This document shows positions 1 to 14,214 of a stretch of DNA of 64,000 bases, piece after piece. The stretch is from Amphiscolops sp. MND2022 (lineage: Eukaryota). The translations under genes were made by a program, and so were the position numbers. The first letter of the stretch is position 1. Every line of letters starts with the position of its first letter. The notes beneath the pieces are model-generated. The model was not told where the DNA came from. It saw only the letters and a list, made by a program, of their open reading frames with translations, and ran no database searches. The DNA is taken from the NCBI GenBank assembly GCA_964187785.1, contig OZ076409.1, forward strand, positions 32,118,001-32,182,000, given 5' to 3'.

Positions 1-169
1 AAGAAGGACAGACACATTTCTTGAAAACGATGCCGTACCAAAATCAACATGTCAAACTGCAATAGTTTAGTCAATTCAATTAGAAAGCCAAAACTTGCTG
101 AAAATGAAACGAAGCCACTTGATTGATGAATTGTGTGACAAACAAAAACTATCACTCAAACAAACATCA

Positions 170-690
170 GAACAAGATCGTCAATTCGGATTCACGTCCT
201 ACCGTTGTTACGTTTCAACTAATCTAAATCTCAAATAAGAGATGGAAACGCTTTCAGGTACGGGTGGGACCCCTACTTCCTTCCGACTGTATGTGCGGCG
301 AAAAATGAATGGTTTCGCTCGCGATGCTTTGTCCCAAAGCTGGGTACACTCATGTAAGGCACAATGGAGTCAGAGATGAAACAGCCAGTTTGATGGACAA
401 GGTGTGCTACGACGTATCAATCGAACCAAAACTCCCACTGTTACAAATTGAACGCTTTCATAACAAAACCACAACCAGAGAAAAAGCGGCTCGAGTCGAA
501 ATCAAAGCGATCGGACTTTGGGAGTCAATTTTTATCAGAATATTTTTTTCGACGTCAAGGTCTTCAACCCGCATGCTAAATCACACCCCAAAAGAATCGC
601 AATCGCGAACAAAGTCTCCACGAAGTGATAAAAAAGTAATTATGAATAGCCCCTGGTCAAAAACAGGAAGAGCACGTTCTGTTCGCTGAT
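170..690 (+). mobile_element. Degenerate 3' fragment of an RLE-type (CRE-like) non-LTR retrotransposon: zinc knuckle and restriction-like endonuclease region
   Basis: Frameshifted reading gives IHVLPL..IRDG..FRYGW..CMCGE..AMLCPKAGYTHVRHNGVRD..VCYDVSIEP..ARVEIKAIGLW..FFDVKVFNPHA. This is the CCHC + RHN + PD-(D/E)xK-like motif order of RLE LINEs. Confidence 0.6.
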
Positions 691-1595
691 TTTTCCATGT
701 ACTGGAAAGGCACTGGACCGACGTGTAGTTTAGCCATGCGCCATGCCTCTATTTTGCTACTTGGCGAAACGTGCGAAGCGACTTGCGCCATACACAAAGT
801 TGCTACAGGTTTCGTGAAATTTAACGTTTCCGAAACGTCTCGGTAAAAATGCAATGAGTTAGAATGAACTTGGCTCAACTTTGTGGTCTATTGGTTTTAA
901 AATCTTAGGCCAAATGAGTTGACAAAAAATGATCCAAGTAAATTGTGACCGGTCCATAAGCGACCAGTGCGACAAAAAGACTCACCAGCTTGATCAGCGA
1001 CAAGAGAAACGAGCCATACGCAGATGTTGTTTCATACATCAGAAGGAAACTGAGCTACGCCCTGAGAACCAATGTTCTGTGAATAAGGGGCTGAAGATCA
1101 CTGAATTTAACGACTTTACAAGAAATTGAACAAATACTCTCTGTGAGTTTACAAGACGGAAAAGTAACAGCGAGTAATTGATGTATGTAGTGCTTTGCAA
1201 CTCAAGAACACCGAAGTAAAAATTGAAAAATTCTGTTTTTACTATTTTGTTGCCAAGCACGCCAATGCCAAATGTTAATTATAATCTTCAATTTTTTGTA
1301 TGCATAAATGTATATGGAACGAACTTTTTTAATATAGACAAAGTATAGACTATTCTTCTTTTATTGAAATCAAGTTATGTGTAAAATGACTGAACCAAGT
1401 GACCGTTTACCCTTCGAAGTGTTGAAAATTGAAATGTGTGAGGGCAATGTTTCTCCTGAACAAGGTTTTTCTATGACTGCTGCCAGTGGATGTTTTTCAA
1501 GCAAAGTTTGATTCACGTTTGCTGTCGAATTGTTTTAGGGAGAGAACATGACCTTTTTGTGCTTCATCGAGACTACTTAAAGTCTTTTTGGAAGT

Positions 1596-4500
1596 TATAC
1601 TATACTATACTATACTATACTATACTATACTATACTATACTATACTATACTATACTATACTATACTATACTATACTATACTATACTATACTATACTATAC
1701 TATACTATACTATACTATACTATACTATACTATACTATACTATACTATACTATACTATACTATACTATACTATACTATACTATACTATACTATACTATAC
1801 TATACTATACTATACTATACTATACTATACTATACTATACTATACTATACTATACTATACTATACTATACTATACTATACTATACTATACTATACTATAC
1901 TATACTATACTATACTATACTATACTATACTATACTATACTATACTATACTATACTTTACTATACTATACTACACTATACTATGCTATACTATACTATAC
2001 TATACTATACTATACTATACTATACTATACTATACTATACTATACTATACTATACTATACTATACTATACTATACTATACTATACTATACTATACTATAC
2101 TATACTATACTATACTATACTATACTATACTATACTATACTATACTATACTATACTATACTATACTATACTATACTATACTATACTATACTATACTATAC
2201 TATACTATACTATACTATACTATACTATACTATACTATACTATACTATACTATACTATACTATACTATACTATACTATACTATACTATACTATACTATAC
2301 TATACTATACTATACTATACTATACTATACTATACTATACTATACTATACTATACTATACTATACTATACTATACTATACTATACTATACTATACTATAC
2401 TATACTATACTATACTATACTATACTATACTATACTATACTATACTATACTATACTATACTATACTATACTATACTATACTATACTATACTATACTATAC
2501 TATACTATACTATACTATACTATACTATACTATACTATACTATACTATACTATACTATACTATACTATACTATACTATACTATACTATACTATACTATAC
2601 TATACTATACTATACTATACTATACTATACTATACTATACTATACTATACTATACTATACTATACTATACTATACTATACTATACTATACTATACTATAC
2701 TATACTATACTATACTAAACTATACTATACTATACTATACTATACTATACTATACTATACTATACTATGCTATACTATAATATACTATACTATACTATAC
2801 TATACTATACTATACTATACTATACTATACTATACTATACTATACTATACTATACTATACTATACTATACTATACTATACTATACTATACTATACTATAC
2901 TATACTATACTATACTATACTATACTATACTATACTATACAATACTATACTATACTATACTATACTATACTATACTATACTATACTATACTATACTATAC
3001 TATACTATACTATACTATACTATACTATACTATACTATACTATACTATACTATACTATACTATACTATACTATACTATACTATACTATACTATACTATAC
3101 TATACTATACTATACTATACTATACTATACTATACTATACTATACTATACTATACTATACTATACTATACTATACTATACTATACTATACTATACTATAC
3201 TATACTATACTATACTATACTATACTTTACTATACTTTACTATTCTATACTATACTATACTATACTATACTATGCCATACTATACTATACTATACTATAC
3301 TATACTATACTATACTATACTATACTATACTATACTATACTATACTATACTATACTATACTATACTATACTATACTATACTATACTATACTATACTATAC
3401 TATACTATACTATACTATACTATACTATACTATACTATACTATACTATACTATACTATACTATACTATACTATACTATACTATACTATACTATACTATAC
3501 TATACTATACTATACCATACTATACTATACTATACTATACTATACTATACTATACTATACTATACTATACTATACTATACTATACTATACTATACTATAC
3601 TATACTATACTATACTATACTATACTATACTATACTATACTATACTATACTATACTATACTATACTATACTATACTATACTATACTATACTATACTATAC
3701 TATACTATACTATACTATACTATACTATACTATACTATACTATACTATACTATACTATACTATACTATACTATACTATACTATACTATACTATACTATAC
3801 TATACTATACTATACTATACTATACTATACTATACTATACTATACTATACTATACTATACTATACTATACTATACTATACTATACTATACTATACTATAC
3901 TATACTATACTATACTATACTATACTATACTATACTATACTATACTATACTATACTAACTATACTATACTATACTATACTATACTATACTATACTATACT
4001 ATACTATACTATACTATACTATACTATACTATACTATACTATACTATACTATACTATACTATACTATACTATACTATACTATACTATACTATACTATACT
4101 ATACTATACTATACTATACTATACTATACTATACTATACTATACTATACTATACTATATACTATACTATACTATACTATACTATACTATACTATACTATA
4201 CTATACTATACTATACTATACTATACTATACTATACTATACTATACTATACTATACTATACTATACTATACTATACTATACTATACTATACTATACTATA
4301 CTATACTATACTATACTATACTATACTATACTATACTATACTATACTATACTATACTATACTATACTATACTATACTATACTATACTATACTATACTATA
4401 CTATACTATACTATACTATACTATACTATACTATACTATACTATACTATACTATACTATACTATACTATACTATACTATACTATACTATACTATACTATA

Positions 4501-4651
4501 CTATACTATACTATACTATACTATACTATACTATACTATACTATACTATACTATACTATACTATACTATACTATACTATACTATACTATACTATACTATA
4601 CTATACTATACTATACTATACTATACTATACTATACTATACTATACTATAC
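1596..4651. repeat. (TATAC)n pentanucleotide microsatellite, >3 kb, truncated by an assembly gap
   Basis: Near-perfect TATAC units with rare variants (TTTAC, TACAC, TATGC, TAAAC) and two phase slips near 3957 and 4157. Confidence 0.99.
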
Positions 4652-4851
4652 NNNNNNNNNNNNNNNNNNNNNNNNNNNNNNNNNNNNNNNNNNNNNNNNN
4701 NNNNNNNNNNNNNNNNNNNNNNNNNNNNNNNNNNNNNNNNNNNNNNNNNNNNNNNNNNNNNNNNNNNNNNNNNNNNNNNNNNNNNNNNNNNNNNNNNNNN
4801 NNNNNNNNNNNNNNNNNNNNNNNNNNNNNNNNNNNNNNNNNNNNNNNNNNN
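4652..4851. other. Assembly gap (200 N)
   Basis: Run of exactly 200 N; the true size is unknown. Confidence 0.99.
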
Positions 4852-5545
4852 CGACTATTGAAAAGTGGATAAGGAAATGAAAAAAAAATGATTTCATTTT
4901 CAGAAAATATGAAACTTAAAGGAAGAGTAGGTAGAATTGGGGAAATAATAACTTCGGAAGCGTTAGGTTTAAAATAAGTTTTATTTTTTGCTTTAAATGT
5001 ATAAATGTAAAAGAAATATGGGTAATCTTTTTCTTCATGTGCATTGAGAGGAAGAGTATTGACGTGTGATTCATGAGGTGCATTAAATGTGAAAGACATG
5101 TATTCTATATTGAGAGGTTTTACTTACTTATCAAAGCAAGGAGTTCCAAGTTTATTATAAATGATACTTGCAACTGCAAATGGAATTACAAGAGTGCGAG
5201 CACTTCCGTGAATGGAGGTATGAAGTGTGAGAATTACATTAAACAGTATGGGAACTTCAGCATTATTGGCAACTGCTAGAGTTTTAAAATCATTGTTGTT
5301 AGAAGTGGATTTTGAACATATGAGAAAGTGATCAGCTAATTTTCAGAAAGTGGGAAAATTTAAAACACAAACGGAGGCACCGCTGACTAGCAGGAATAGG
5401 ATTTCTAATTTAGAAGGTAAGGAGGTGTCTTCAGGTGGCTTGAAAATGTATAGGTTAACAAACCAGGTAGAAGGAGTTATAGCATTAGCATGATTGTTTG
5501 AAAGAGTGGAATATTGAGAACAAGAGGATGTATTAGGATGATGGT
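4852..5545 (-). pseudogene. Gypsy protease/post-protease fragment (copy 1), related to the 27.9-43.1 kb element
   Basis: LPSKLEILFLLVSGASVCVLNFPTF and EEKDYPYFFYIYT match LPSKLEILFLLDTGASISVLNLPTF and TEKDYPYISYIYT at 33.2-33.6 kb. The catalytic Asp is lost and stops are present. Confidence 0.85.
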
Positions 5546-5826
5546 CCCCTTCCCTGGGTCTATCCAGCGCCACCTCTTTCTTCAGCCGAACTCGGCTATT
5601 TTCCCCAATTCAGACTACCCATTCAGTAGACTGTCACCAAGAAGGCAGTTTCAACTCAAGAATGTCTTCAAACATAGGTTGGTTCACATTTTATTTTGAA
5701 CTAATTCAGCTTGATCAGGGCTAAACTCTGTTCATAAAGCGCTTCCTATTTCCATGACTAAACACGTGATGACACGTTTCATTCGAAATTACGAAACACT
5801 TCCTGAAGATTTCTAGCGCGGTAGAA

Positions 5827-8152
5827 ATGGATTTCTTTCAAGGAAGCTCACCGCCAAATTTCATCTCTTTTTGTTTAGGAAACCAGAATGAAAATGAATC
5901 TCAGATTCGAACAAACACTGCAAAGTGCATTTCCGATGAGTCTGTCCAAGTTTCGACCTTAGCGACTACCCCCAATTTTGCACAAAGTCTAATTCCTTCT
6001 CCACCGCCATTCCCTCCTATAAGGCCACCCATGTCGCATAGTAGTACTGGTAGCAGTGTAGACGTCAATGCTTATGCGGAAGAGAGGGTGCGCCTACATG
6101 AGGAGATACGACAGATAGTCGATCAGCAAAATAGGGATCAGATAGCAGAGGACTCTGATCCAGTTGAAGAAGAAGGAGAAGACCGGCAAACCAAGACTGG
6201 CATTTTACCGAGGACCGATACCACTCTCCCTGTCTTCCGGACTAGTACTCCTACGCCAGAAACAGATGAAGTTACTGCTGAATCGAACTTGACTCAGTTA
6301 GAGACGGGGCTGAAAGTTGCATCAACTTCACGAACAACTCTACCCGAACTACTGCCGAAGGACGATCCAGTGATTGAAACATCTGTAGCTTCTTTCTTGC
6401 GAGCTGGAACAGATGAGGGCTCGTCTTCTTGTGATGCCCCCGGGGAGAAACTGAGGTGAGGGTCCTTGATGATGGAGCCGGAATCGAGGAATCGGGAGAC
6501 GTTTCCAGTCTGGCTAGTGATCCTCCCTTATACGGCCACATTCCGATTGGTACTGAAATTGTTGCCGGAGAAGAAGGGTCCTCATTAGAAAGCTTCGGCC
6601 ACGTGCCCGACCAGACACAATCCACTGCAACCGCACCACAGGATGCGGGTTTAAAAGAGTTATCTGGGCGAAGCAGAGCAATCCTGAAGCAATACTTTTA
6701 TGAGGATGCTGAAGCCATTACCTTTCCCTTGGGCCATCGGACAGTATCTTTCACTGAGTCTCAAGTATATCACATCCTATCAGTGCTCACCGATGAAACA
6801 CTGAGAACGACGCCATGGAACAAATGGTGATAGGAGCGGTTATAGGGAGGCTAGTCACCTCGGAGTCCCGGACTGACCATTTCAAAATTCGATCAAAGGC
6901 TCAGACGCCCAGACCAAGACAGCTCACTGAGTCCAGTAACAATCTTCCTGGAGAGAGTGATTCCGGACCTGGGACTGAACCCACTGGAGAATTCAATACA
7001 GGTGAGGAAGAAGGAACTTCACTCTACTTCAATGAGATTGACAGTTCTGGAGAGATGGCCCTGATCCTTCAAGCCCAGCCTTCAAAGAGCCGGTTAAAGC
7101 AGTTTCCGCTTCCGCTACTAATGAGGAGACAAGGGTAGACGCATCCAACGCGGGTTTCGAGTCTACTGGGAAGTCCAGCCTTGATGCCACACTGTCTGAG
7201 TTGAGAGAACAGACAACACCTAGCTGACCATCACGGTCTGGCAAATTGCTGAAAAGAAGACAACATGGGCTAACTAGAGGAGTGCCTATTAAGGAGGAAT
7301 ACTTTTCCAAAATTGGTTGGACACGTTCCTTCATTTCTGGACCAGCAGATCCCTTGCACAACCCTTATATGGTGTGGTGCCATATATGCAAAAAGAACAT
7401 TTCTGTTGAAACAAAGGGCACCCTTGAAATTCTTCGCCATCATCGGACCGAAAAACATCTCAGGCGCAATTGAAGATGGCGCTAAGAGCATTTGAAAAGC
7501 GTCCATCCAATCACTGGCAAAGTACAGCATAGGGTGAGGGGGCGCAACGGCAAAGTCCTGAGCAAGATGGAGTTGGCAAAAGAATTACCAAAGTTTATAC
7601 ACGCTGAGTCGGTTGACATTGGGGAACGCTTTCCCTTTTACGATGATTTTGTGAAAGGAATTTCAACCACCCTTGTAACCCCTGAGTCCCGAGCCAAACC
7701 GCAAATCCATCTCATTGGCGACTTCATTCAACATTAATTGTTGCTTTGCAATTGAGTACGAAAACGTTGGCACTAACAAACTCATGTCAGTAAAGTTCTG
7801 GAAGGGAGGGTCTTTGTGTCGGGTCTACATCGGCCGCAGTGGGCTTCCGTCCTCGGACCCAACTGGAGAACTGGGGTCTTTGTCTAGACTCCTATCAGTT
7901 GCATCAATGAAGGCAGACATTGTAGCTTGCTCAGGTTGTTCAGTGGATATAATCCGAACCATTAATCGAAGTGACTTGTTCTCACGTGCTGTGCAAAGTT
8001 GTTTCCGCTTTGACATTTACGGCTCCAAACCTTGATGCACAAGCCAACCTACAGCGTCTTTGGCCGGATCGATTTCATTTCGTTGTTGAAAAGTTTGATG
8101 GTCTCGTTAGGCGCAGCTACTTCAGAAGACTGGGTTCTAGAATCTCCTGACC
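5827..8152 (+). pseudogene. 5' part of hAT-like zinc-finger gene (copy 1, truncated at the duplication junction)
   Basis: Duplicate of 9284-11609. Confidence 0.55.
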
Positions 8153-9002
8153 AAACTATATATATTTGGGGGTACTTCAATGTAGCCAATATATTCGGGT
8201 GAAAAGATAGCTGAGTGGTGAGTAAAATTTTGAATAATGACAGAGCAAGTATTGGCTTTAGGTTCAGTATTTGGATAGACTTGGAGGAAGTAAAAGGTAG
8301 AGCTAAAGCGACTATTGAAAAGTGGATAAGGAAATGAAAAAAAAATGATTTCATTTTCAGAAAATATGAAACTTAAAGGAAGAGTAGGTAGAATTGGGGA
8401 AATAATAACTTCGGAAGCGTTAGGTTTAAAATAAGTTTTATTTTTTGCTTTAAATGTAAAAATGTAAAAGAAATATGGGTAATCTTTTTCTTCATGTGCA
8501 TTGAGAGGAAGAGTATTGACGTGTGATTCATGAGGTGCATTAAATGTGAAAGACATGTATTCTATATTGAGAGGTTTTACTTACTCATCAAAGCAAGGAG
8601 TTCCAAGTTTATTATAAATGATACTTGCAACTGCAAATGGAATTACAAGAGTGCGAGCACTTCCGTGAATGGAGGTATGAAGTGTGAGAATTACATTAAA
8701 CAGTATGGGAACTTCAGCATTATTGGCAACTGCTAGAGTTTTAAAATCATTGTTGTTAGAAGTGGATTTTGAACATATGAGAAAGTGATCAGCTAATTTT
8801 CAGAAAGTGGGAAAATTTAAAACACAAACGGAGGCACCGCTGACTAGCAGGAATAGGATTTCTAATTTAGAAGGTAAGGAGGTGTCTTCAGGTGGCTTGA
8901 AAATGTATAGGTTAACAAACCAGGTAGAAGGAGTTATAGCATTAGCATGATTGTTTGAAAGAGTGGAATATTGAGAACAAGAGGATGTATTAGGATGATG
9001 GT
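8153..9002 (-). pseudogene. Gypsy protease/post-protease fragment (copy 2)
   Basis: Same as copy 1, extended to TCSVIIQNFTHHSAIFSPEYIGYIEVP, which matches SCATIIQNFTSYPATLPRGIIGCIEIP at 33.85 kb. Confidence 0.85.
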
Positions 9003-9283
9003 CCCCTTCCCTGGGTCTATCCAGCGCCACCTCTTTCTTCAGCCGAACTCGGCTATTTTCCCCAATTCAGACTACCCATTCAGTAGACTGTCACCAAGAA
9101 GGCAGTTTCAACTCAAGAATGTCTTCAAACACAGGTTGGTTCACATTTTATTTTGAACTAATTCAGCTTGATCAGGGCTAAACTCTGTTCATAAAGCGCT
9201 TCCTATTTCCATGACTAAACACGTGATGACACGTTTCATTCGAAATTACGAAACACTTCCTGAAGATTTCTAGCGCGGTAGAA

Positions 9284-12200
9284 ATGGATTTCTTTCAAGG
9301 AAGCTCACCGCCAAATTTCATCTCTTTTTGTTTAGGAAACCAGAATGAAAATGAATCTCAGATTCGAACAAACACTGCAAAGTGCATTTCCGATGAGTCT
9401 GTCCAAGTTTCGACCTTAGCGACTACCCCCAATTTTGCACAAAGTCTAATTCCTTCTCCACCGCCATTCCCTCCTATAAGGCCACCCATGTCGCATAGTA
9501 GTACTGGTAGCAGTGTAGACGTCAATGCTTATGCGGAAGAGAGGGTGCGCCTACATGAGGAGATACGACAGATAGTCGATCAGCAAAATAGGGATCAGAT
9601 AGCAGAGGAATCTGATCCAGTTGAAGAAGAAGGAGAAGACCGGCAAACCAAGACTGGCATTTTACCGAGGACCGATACCACTCTCCCTGTCTTCCGGACT
9701 AGTACTCCTACGCCAGAAACAGATGAAGTTACTGCTGAATCGAACTTGACTCAGTTAGAGACGGGGCTGAAAGTTGCATCAACTTCACGAACAACTCTAC
9801 CCGAACTACTGCCGAAGGACGATCCAGTGATTGAAACATCTGTAGCTTCTTTCTTGCGAGCTGGAACAGATGAGGGCTCGTCTTCTTGTGATGCCCCCGG
9901 GGAGAAACTGAGGTGAGGGTCCTTGATGATGGAGCCGGAATCGAGGAATCGGGAGACGTTTCCAGTCTGGCTAGTGATCCTCCCTTATACGGCCACATTC
10001 CGATTGGTACTGAAATTGTTGCCGGAGAAGAAGGGTCCTCATTAGAAAGCTTCGGCCACGTGCCCGACCAGACACAATCCACTGCAACCGCACCACAGGA
10101 TGCGGGTTTAAAAGAGTTATCTGGGCGAAGCAGAGCAATCCTGAAGCAATACTTTTATGAGGATGCTGAAGCCATTACCTTTCCCTTGGGCCATCGGACA
10201 GTATCTTTCACTGAGTCTCAAGTATATCACATCCTATCAGTGCTCACCGATGAAACACTGAGAACGACGCCATGGAACAAATGGTGATAGGAGCGGTTAT
10301 AGGGAGGCTAGTCACCTCGGAGTCCCGGACTGACCATTTCAAAATTCGATCAAAGGCTCAGACGCCCAGACCAAGACAGCTCACTGAGTCCAGTAACAAT
10401 CTTCCTGGAGAGAGTGATTCCGGACCTGGGACTGAACCCACTGGAGAATTCAATACAAGTGAGGAAGAAGGAACTTCACTCTACTTCAATGAGATTGACA
10501 GTTCTGGAGAGATGGCCCTGATCCTTCAAGCCCAGCCTTCAAAGAGCCGGTTAAAGCAGTTTCCGCTTCCGCTACTAATGAGGAGACAAGGGTAGACGCA
10601 TCCAACGCGGGTTTCGAGTCTACTGGGAAGTCCAGCCTTGATGCCACACTGTCTGAGTTGAGAGAACAGACAACACCTAGCTGACCATCACGGTCTGGCA
10701 AATTGCTGAAAAGAAGACAACATGGGCTAACTAGAGGAGTGCCTATTAAGGAGGAATACTTTTCCAAAATTGGTTGGACACGTTCCTTCATTTCTGGACC
10801 AGCAGATCCCTTGCACAACCCTTATATGGTGTGGTGCCATATATGCAAAAAGAACATTTCTGTTGAAACAAAGGGCACCCTTGAAATTCTTCGCCATCAT
10901 CGGACCGAAAAACATCTCAGGCGCAATTGAAGATGGCGCTAAGAGCATTTGAAAAGCGTCCATCCAATCACTGGCAAAGTACAGCATAGGGTGAGGGGGC
11001 GCAACGGCAAAGTCCTGAGCAAGATGGAGTTGGCAAAAGAATTACCAAAGTTTATACACGCTGAGTCGGTTGACATTGGGGAACGCTTTCCCTTTTACGA
11101 TGATTTTGTGAAAGGAATTTCAACCACCCTTGTAACCCCTGAGTCCCGAGCCAAACCGCAAATCCATCTCATTGGCGACTTCATTCAACATTAATTGTTG
11201 CTTTGCAATTGAGTACGAAAACGTTGGCACTAACAAACTCATGTCAGTAAAGTTCTGGAAGGGAGGGTCTTTGTGTCGGGTCTACATCGGCCGCAGTGGG
11301 CTTCCGTCTTCGGACCCAACTGGAGAACTGGGGTCTTTGTCTAGACTCCTATCAGTTGCATCAATGAAGGCAGACATTGTAGCTTGCTCAGGTTGTTCAG
11401 TGGATATAATCCGAACCATTAATCGAAGTGACTTGTTCTCACGTGCTGTGCAAAGTTGTTTCCGCTTTGACATTTACGGCTCCAAACCTTGATGCACAAG
11501 CCAACCTACAGCGTCTTTGGCCGGATCGATTTCATTTCGTTGTTGAAAAGTTTGATGGTCTCGTTAGGCGCAGCTACTTCAGAAGACTGGGTTCTAGAAT
11601 CTCCTGACCTAACTCAAGTCAGTAAGTTTTGTCCTTGTATTTGGCGAAGTTCCCAAAACGTAAGTATAGTTTATTAAGGTTTGTTTAGGCAAGTGCCACT
11701 TGCAGATTAGACCTGCCTATCTTGCACAATCTTTGCCGAGAATTAGTGAAGCATTGGAAGGCAATCCGACATTATTTAACCGCCCATACCCCTCAACAAG
11801 ATTGCAGGGAGTCCACAATCAGGTAAGGCCATTTTCGTCATTTGTATCTCGATGGTTATTTAACATCAGGGCCGACAGACTTCTATGTCCATCGTTCGAA
11901 TTAAGCTCACCTTTTTTCAATTTTCATTGCAGGTCCAGAGTTCCGAGTGGTCCCTCAATTGCGACAACTTTTTCGTTGTGAAGTTGAAATTCTTCCAGCG
12001 AATCATCAGCGACTGCGAGTATACCGTTCGTTCCATACTAGCTTCTTACGTTGTTCTTCCAACAACATGGGCCTTTGGAATGTTGCATCAAAACGTATCA
12101 GGATCGTTTATGTAATCCTACACACATAAATTGCCCCTCTTGTAGACTTAACTTTGTTTCCAGTTTCACCGTTAGTCAGGCGGCATACAACATTTTTCCT

Positions 12201-13289
12201 CTGTGGTGAGGTTTCCCGCTTCATTTTCAAATTGTGCTCCCGATGCTACCAGCCCTAGACAATCCCGCTTGAGAACTCTTAGTTTCTGTTGCTCGGGTTC
12301 AAAGTATGCGAGGGCAAGTTCATTACGGAGGTTGATTTCCTTGTCCAGCTTCGACTTGCAATAAAGTAGCAACTGCCAGCAAACAGAATGCCGAAGTCGT
12401 CCATTTGAACAAGCGATCAGAGGAGGCTTCCATAGATAAAACTGCTGCAGAGGCAACCACAAGTTTTGTCAAGGAAGCGCTACAGTTCATCCAAAACTTC
12501 CTAAAAGAGGTTCTCAATCAAGCTGGCCTAAGCTCAGAGATAATTAAAGGGTTAGCAGCCTTTGACCCCGTTGTCTTCTTCAAAAGGCCTACAGAGGTTG
12601 GCCTCCGTCACTTCGAGTTGCTCTAATCGTCAATTCAGCTTCAATCTTGGGTGACCTGTGCTAATCAGAATGTCTGTCGCGAAGATTATATAGCCCTTGA
12701 TCATCTGCGCGTGAATTACCCTCCTGAATTCGATCTGGCTGAGAGTTCCAACGACCTTATAGACTTCCTGATGGGACTTGAGTTCTTTCAAACTCATGAG
12801 CATCTCTTCTATTTCTTTAAGTTGTGCTGTTTGTGCCTGACTAGTCCTAGTCCCCAGTATCCTCCAGTATTGTTCGGCAGTGTCAACACGACCGGATACC
12901 GCAGTCGTTTCGCTGATTTAGTTGTGCCTTGTCAGAGCTACCGTTCCTGTGTCCCGGAGTCTATCTTGTCCTGCTGTACCAGTGCCAACTTGGAGAAGTT
13001 TTTCTTCCTAAGTGCCTCCTTTGAGCGTTCTGCTTTCTCTGCCGATTACAACCCGTGGACGTACGTTGAAACGTTTGGCCGATCCAAAATCTACAAAGGT
13101 TTGCTCGCATCATATAAGGAAGTTATGGCTGTTCCTCCTATTCGATCAGTCCGCGTGGAGGAAGGTGGGGCTTCGTCTGTTCCGGATGAGTCTGCTGTAA
13201 AGGTCCCTACTAAAACGCAGAGAAAGAGGACTGGAGTAGCAGTTCAAGTACATCTTCAGCCTCCAAGAAGCTCGCACAGGGTCCTCTAA
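9284..13289 (+). pseudogene. Disrupted hAT-transposase-like gene with a BED-like zinc finger and probable introns
   Basis: Acidic disordered N-terminus, then WCHICKKNISVETKGTLEILRHHRTEKH (C2H2, BED-like), ELVKHWKAIRHYL, LAAFDP and HLFYFFKLCCLCLTSP (resembles the hAT dimerisation region). GT..AG intron candidates at 11618-11688 and 11823-11932. Many stops and frameshifts. Confidence 0.55.
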
Positions 13290-14214
13290 ACACTAGTATG
13301 TACATATGTATTTATGTACATCCAAACTGTAGACTTTGTTGATTTCTTTTCCGTATTACTTGTATTTATCCCTCAATTTGTTACTGAGTTCTGTTTTCGC
13401 CCCTGTATTCATTTATCTAAAAGGTTTTCCGGCCGTCCCAATTTTTATTCAAAAGATGCTGGCCGTTGGGACTAAAGATGAAAAAGAAAAACAGAGAAAA
13501 ATAAAAAAGAGCAGCGTTCCTTTTTGGACGCAATTTAATCGTTCCTTCAGTATTTGAAGTCTTCTGAGTAGTTTGGGTTATGATTAGGCCTGAGATTACA
13601 TTTCCCTCCCCTAGGTCTCAGACGTTTCGAGCACGAAAAAATCATACCCCTGTTCGGAGAGTTTTGTGCATCGTTTCCATCATTAGAATTTCTTTCTGAA
13701 AAATTTGCATCATTTTCCTGTCTTTCGGACAGATCCGGCAAAGATTTTTCTTGATTTTTGTGGTAAACGGCCGAATCCGGCCAATGGGAGTTTTCATTTT
13801 TAACTGCTTCAGTAGCCTGATTTCAATTGCTGAGGTCACTTTTCGTTCTGATTTTGTGCTAAGTCGTTGACGTCATTCGGACTGTCAGTCGTGATTATAT
13901 AATCCGCTTCATTCTCGTGTGCATCACTTGAATTCGTTTCTGCCGTGACCGGCCGTTTGCCATTCGGTAAGCTTGTCGGAAAAGCCTCGTAGCCTCGTGT
14001 AGTTAGTTGGTCACCGAAGTTTGTCTCCCACGTTATTGTATATAAATCGTATTGCGGAATGACAATTTCTTCACCTGGCTGTAGGCGCTCATCTCGGAAA
14101 TTGTCCTGGAGCGGTTGATTAAGAACAAAATTTTTAGGGTAAATTGGATGTAAAATCTGAGTTGGGTAAACTCATTTGAGTCGTATATGCTGCCTCGAAA
14201 GATACTACTAGACT

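Larger units (their letters stand above)
4852..11609. repeat. Near-identical tandem duplication, period 3,457 bp (junction 8152/8153)
   Basis: 4852 matches 8309 and all ORFs recur at +3457 (5827/9284, 7246/10703). The copies diverge after ..GAATCTCCTGACC at 8152 and 11609. Only a handful of substitutions were seen. Confidence 0.97.

Noticed and set aside
1490..4872. Long YYTIL-repeat ORFs (822, 376, 701 aa)
   Set aside because: These are translations of (TATAC)n, which has no stop codon on this strand.
4641..5099. ORFs containing X runs
   Set aside because: They read through the N gap.
9170..9190. CAGGGCT as a hAT terminal inverted repeat
   Set aside because: No matching inverted copy or 8-bp target duplication was found downstream of 13289.
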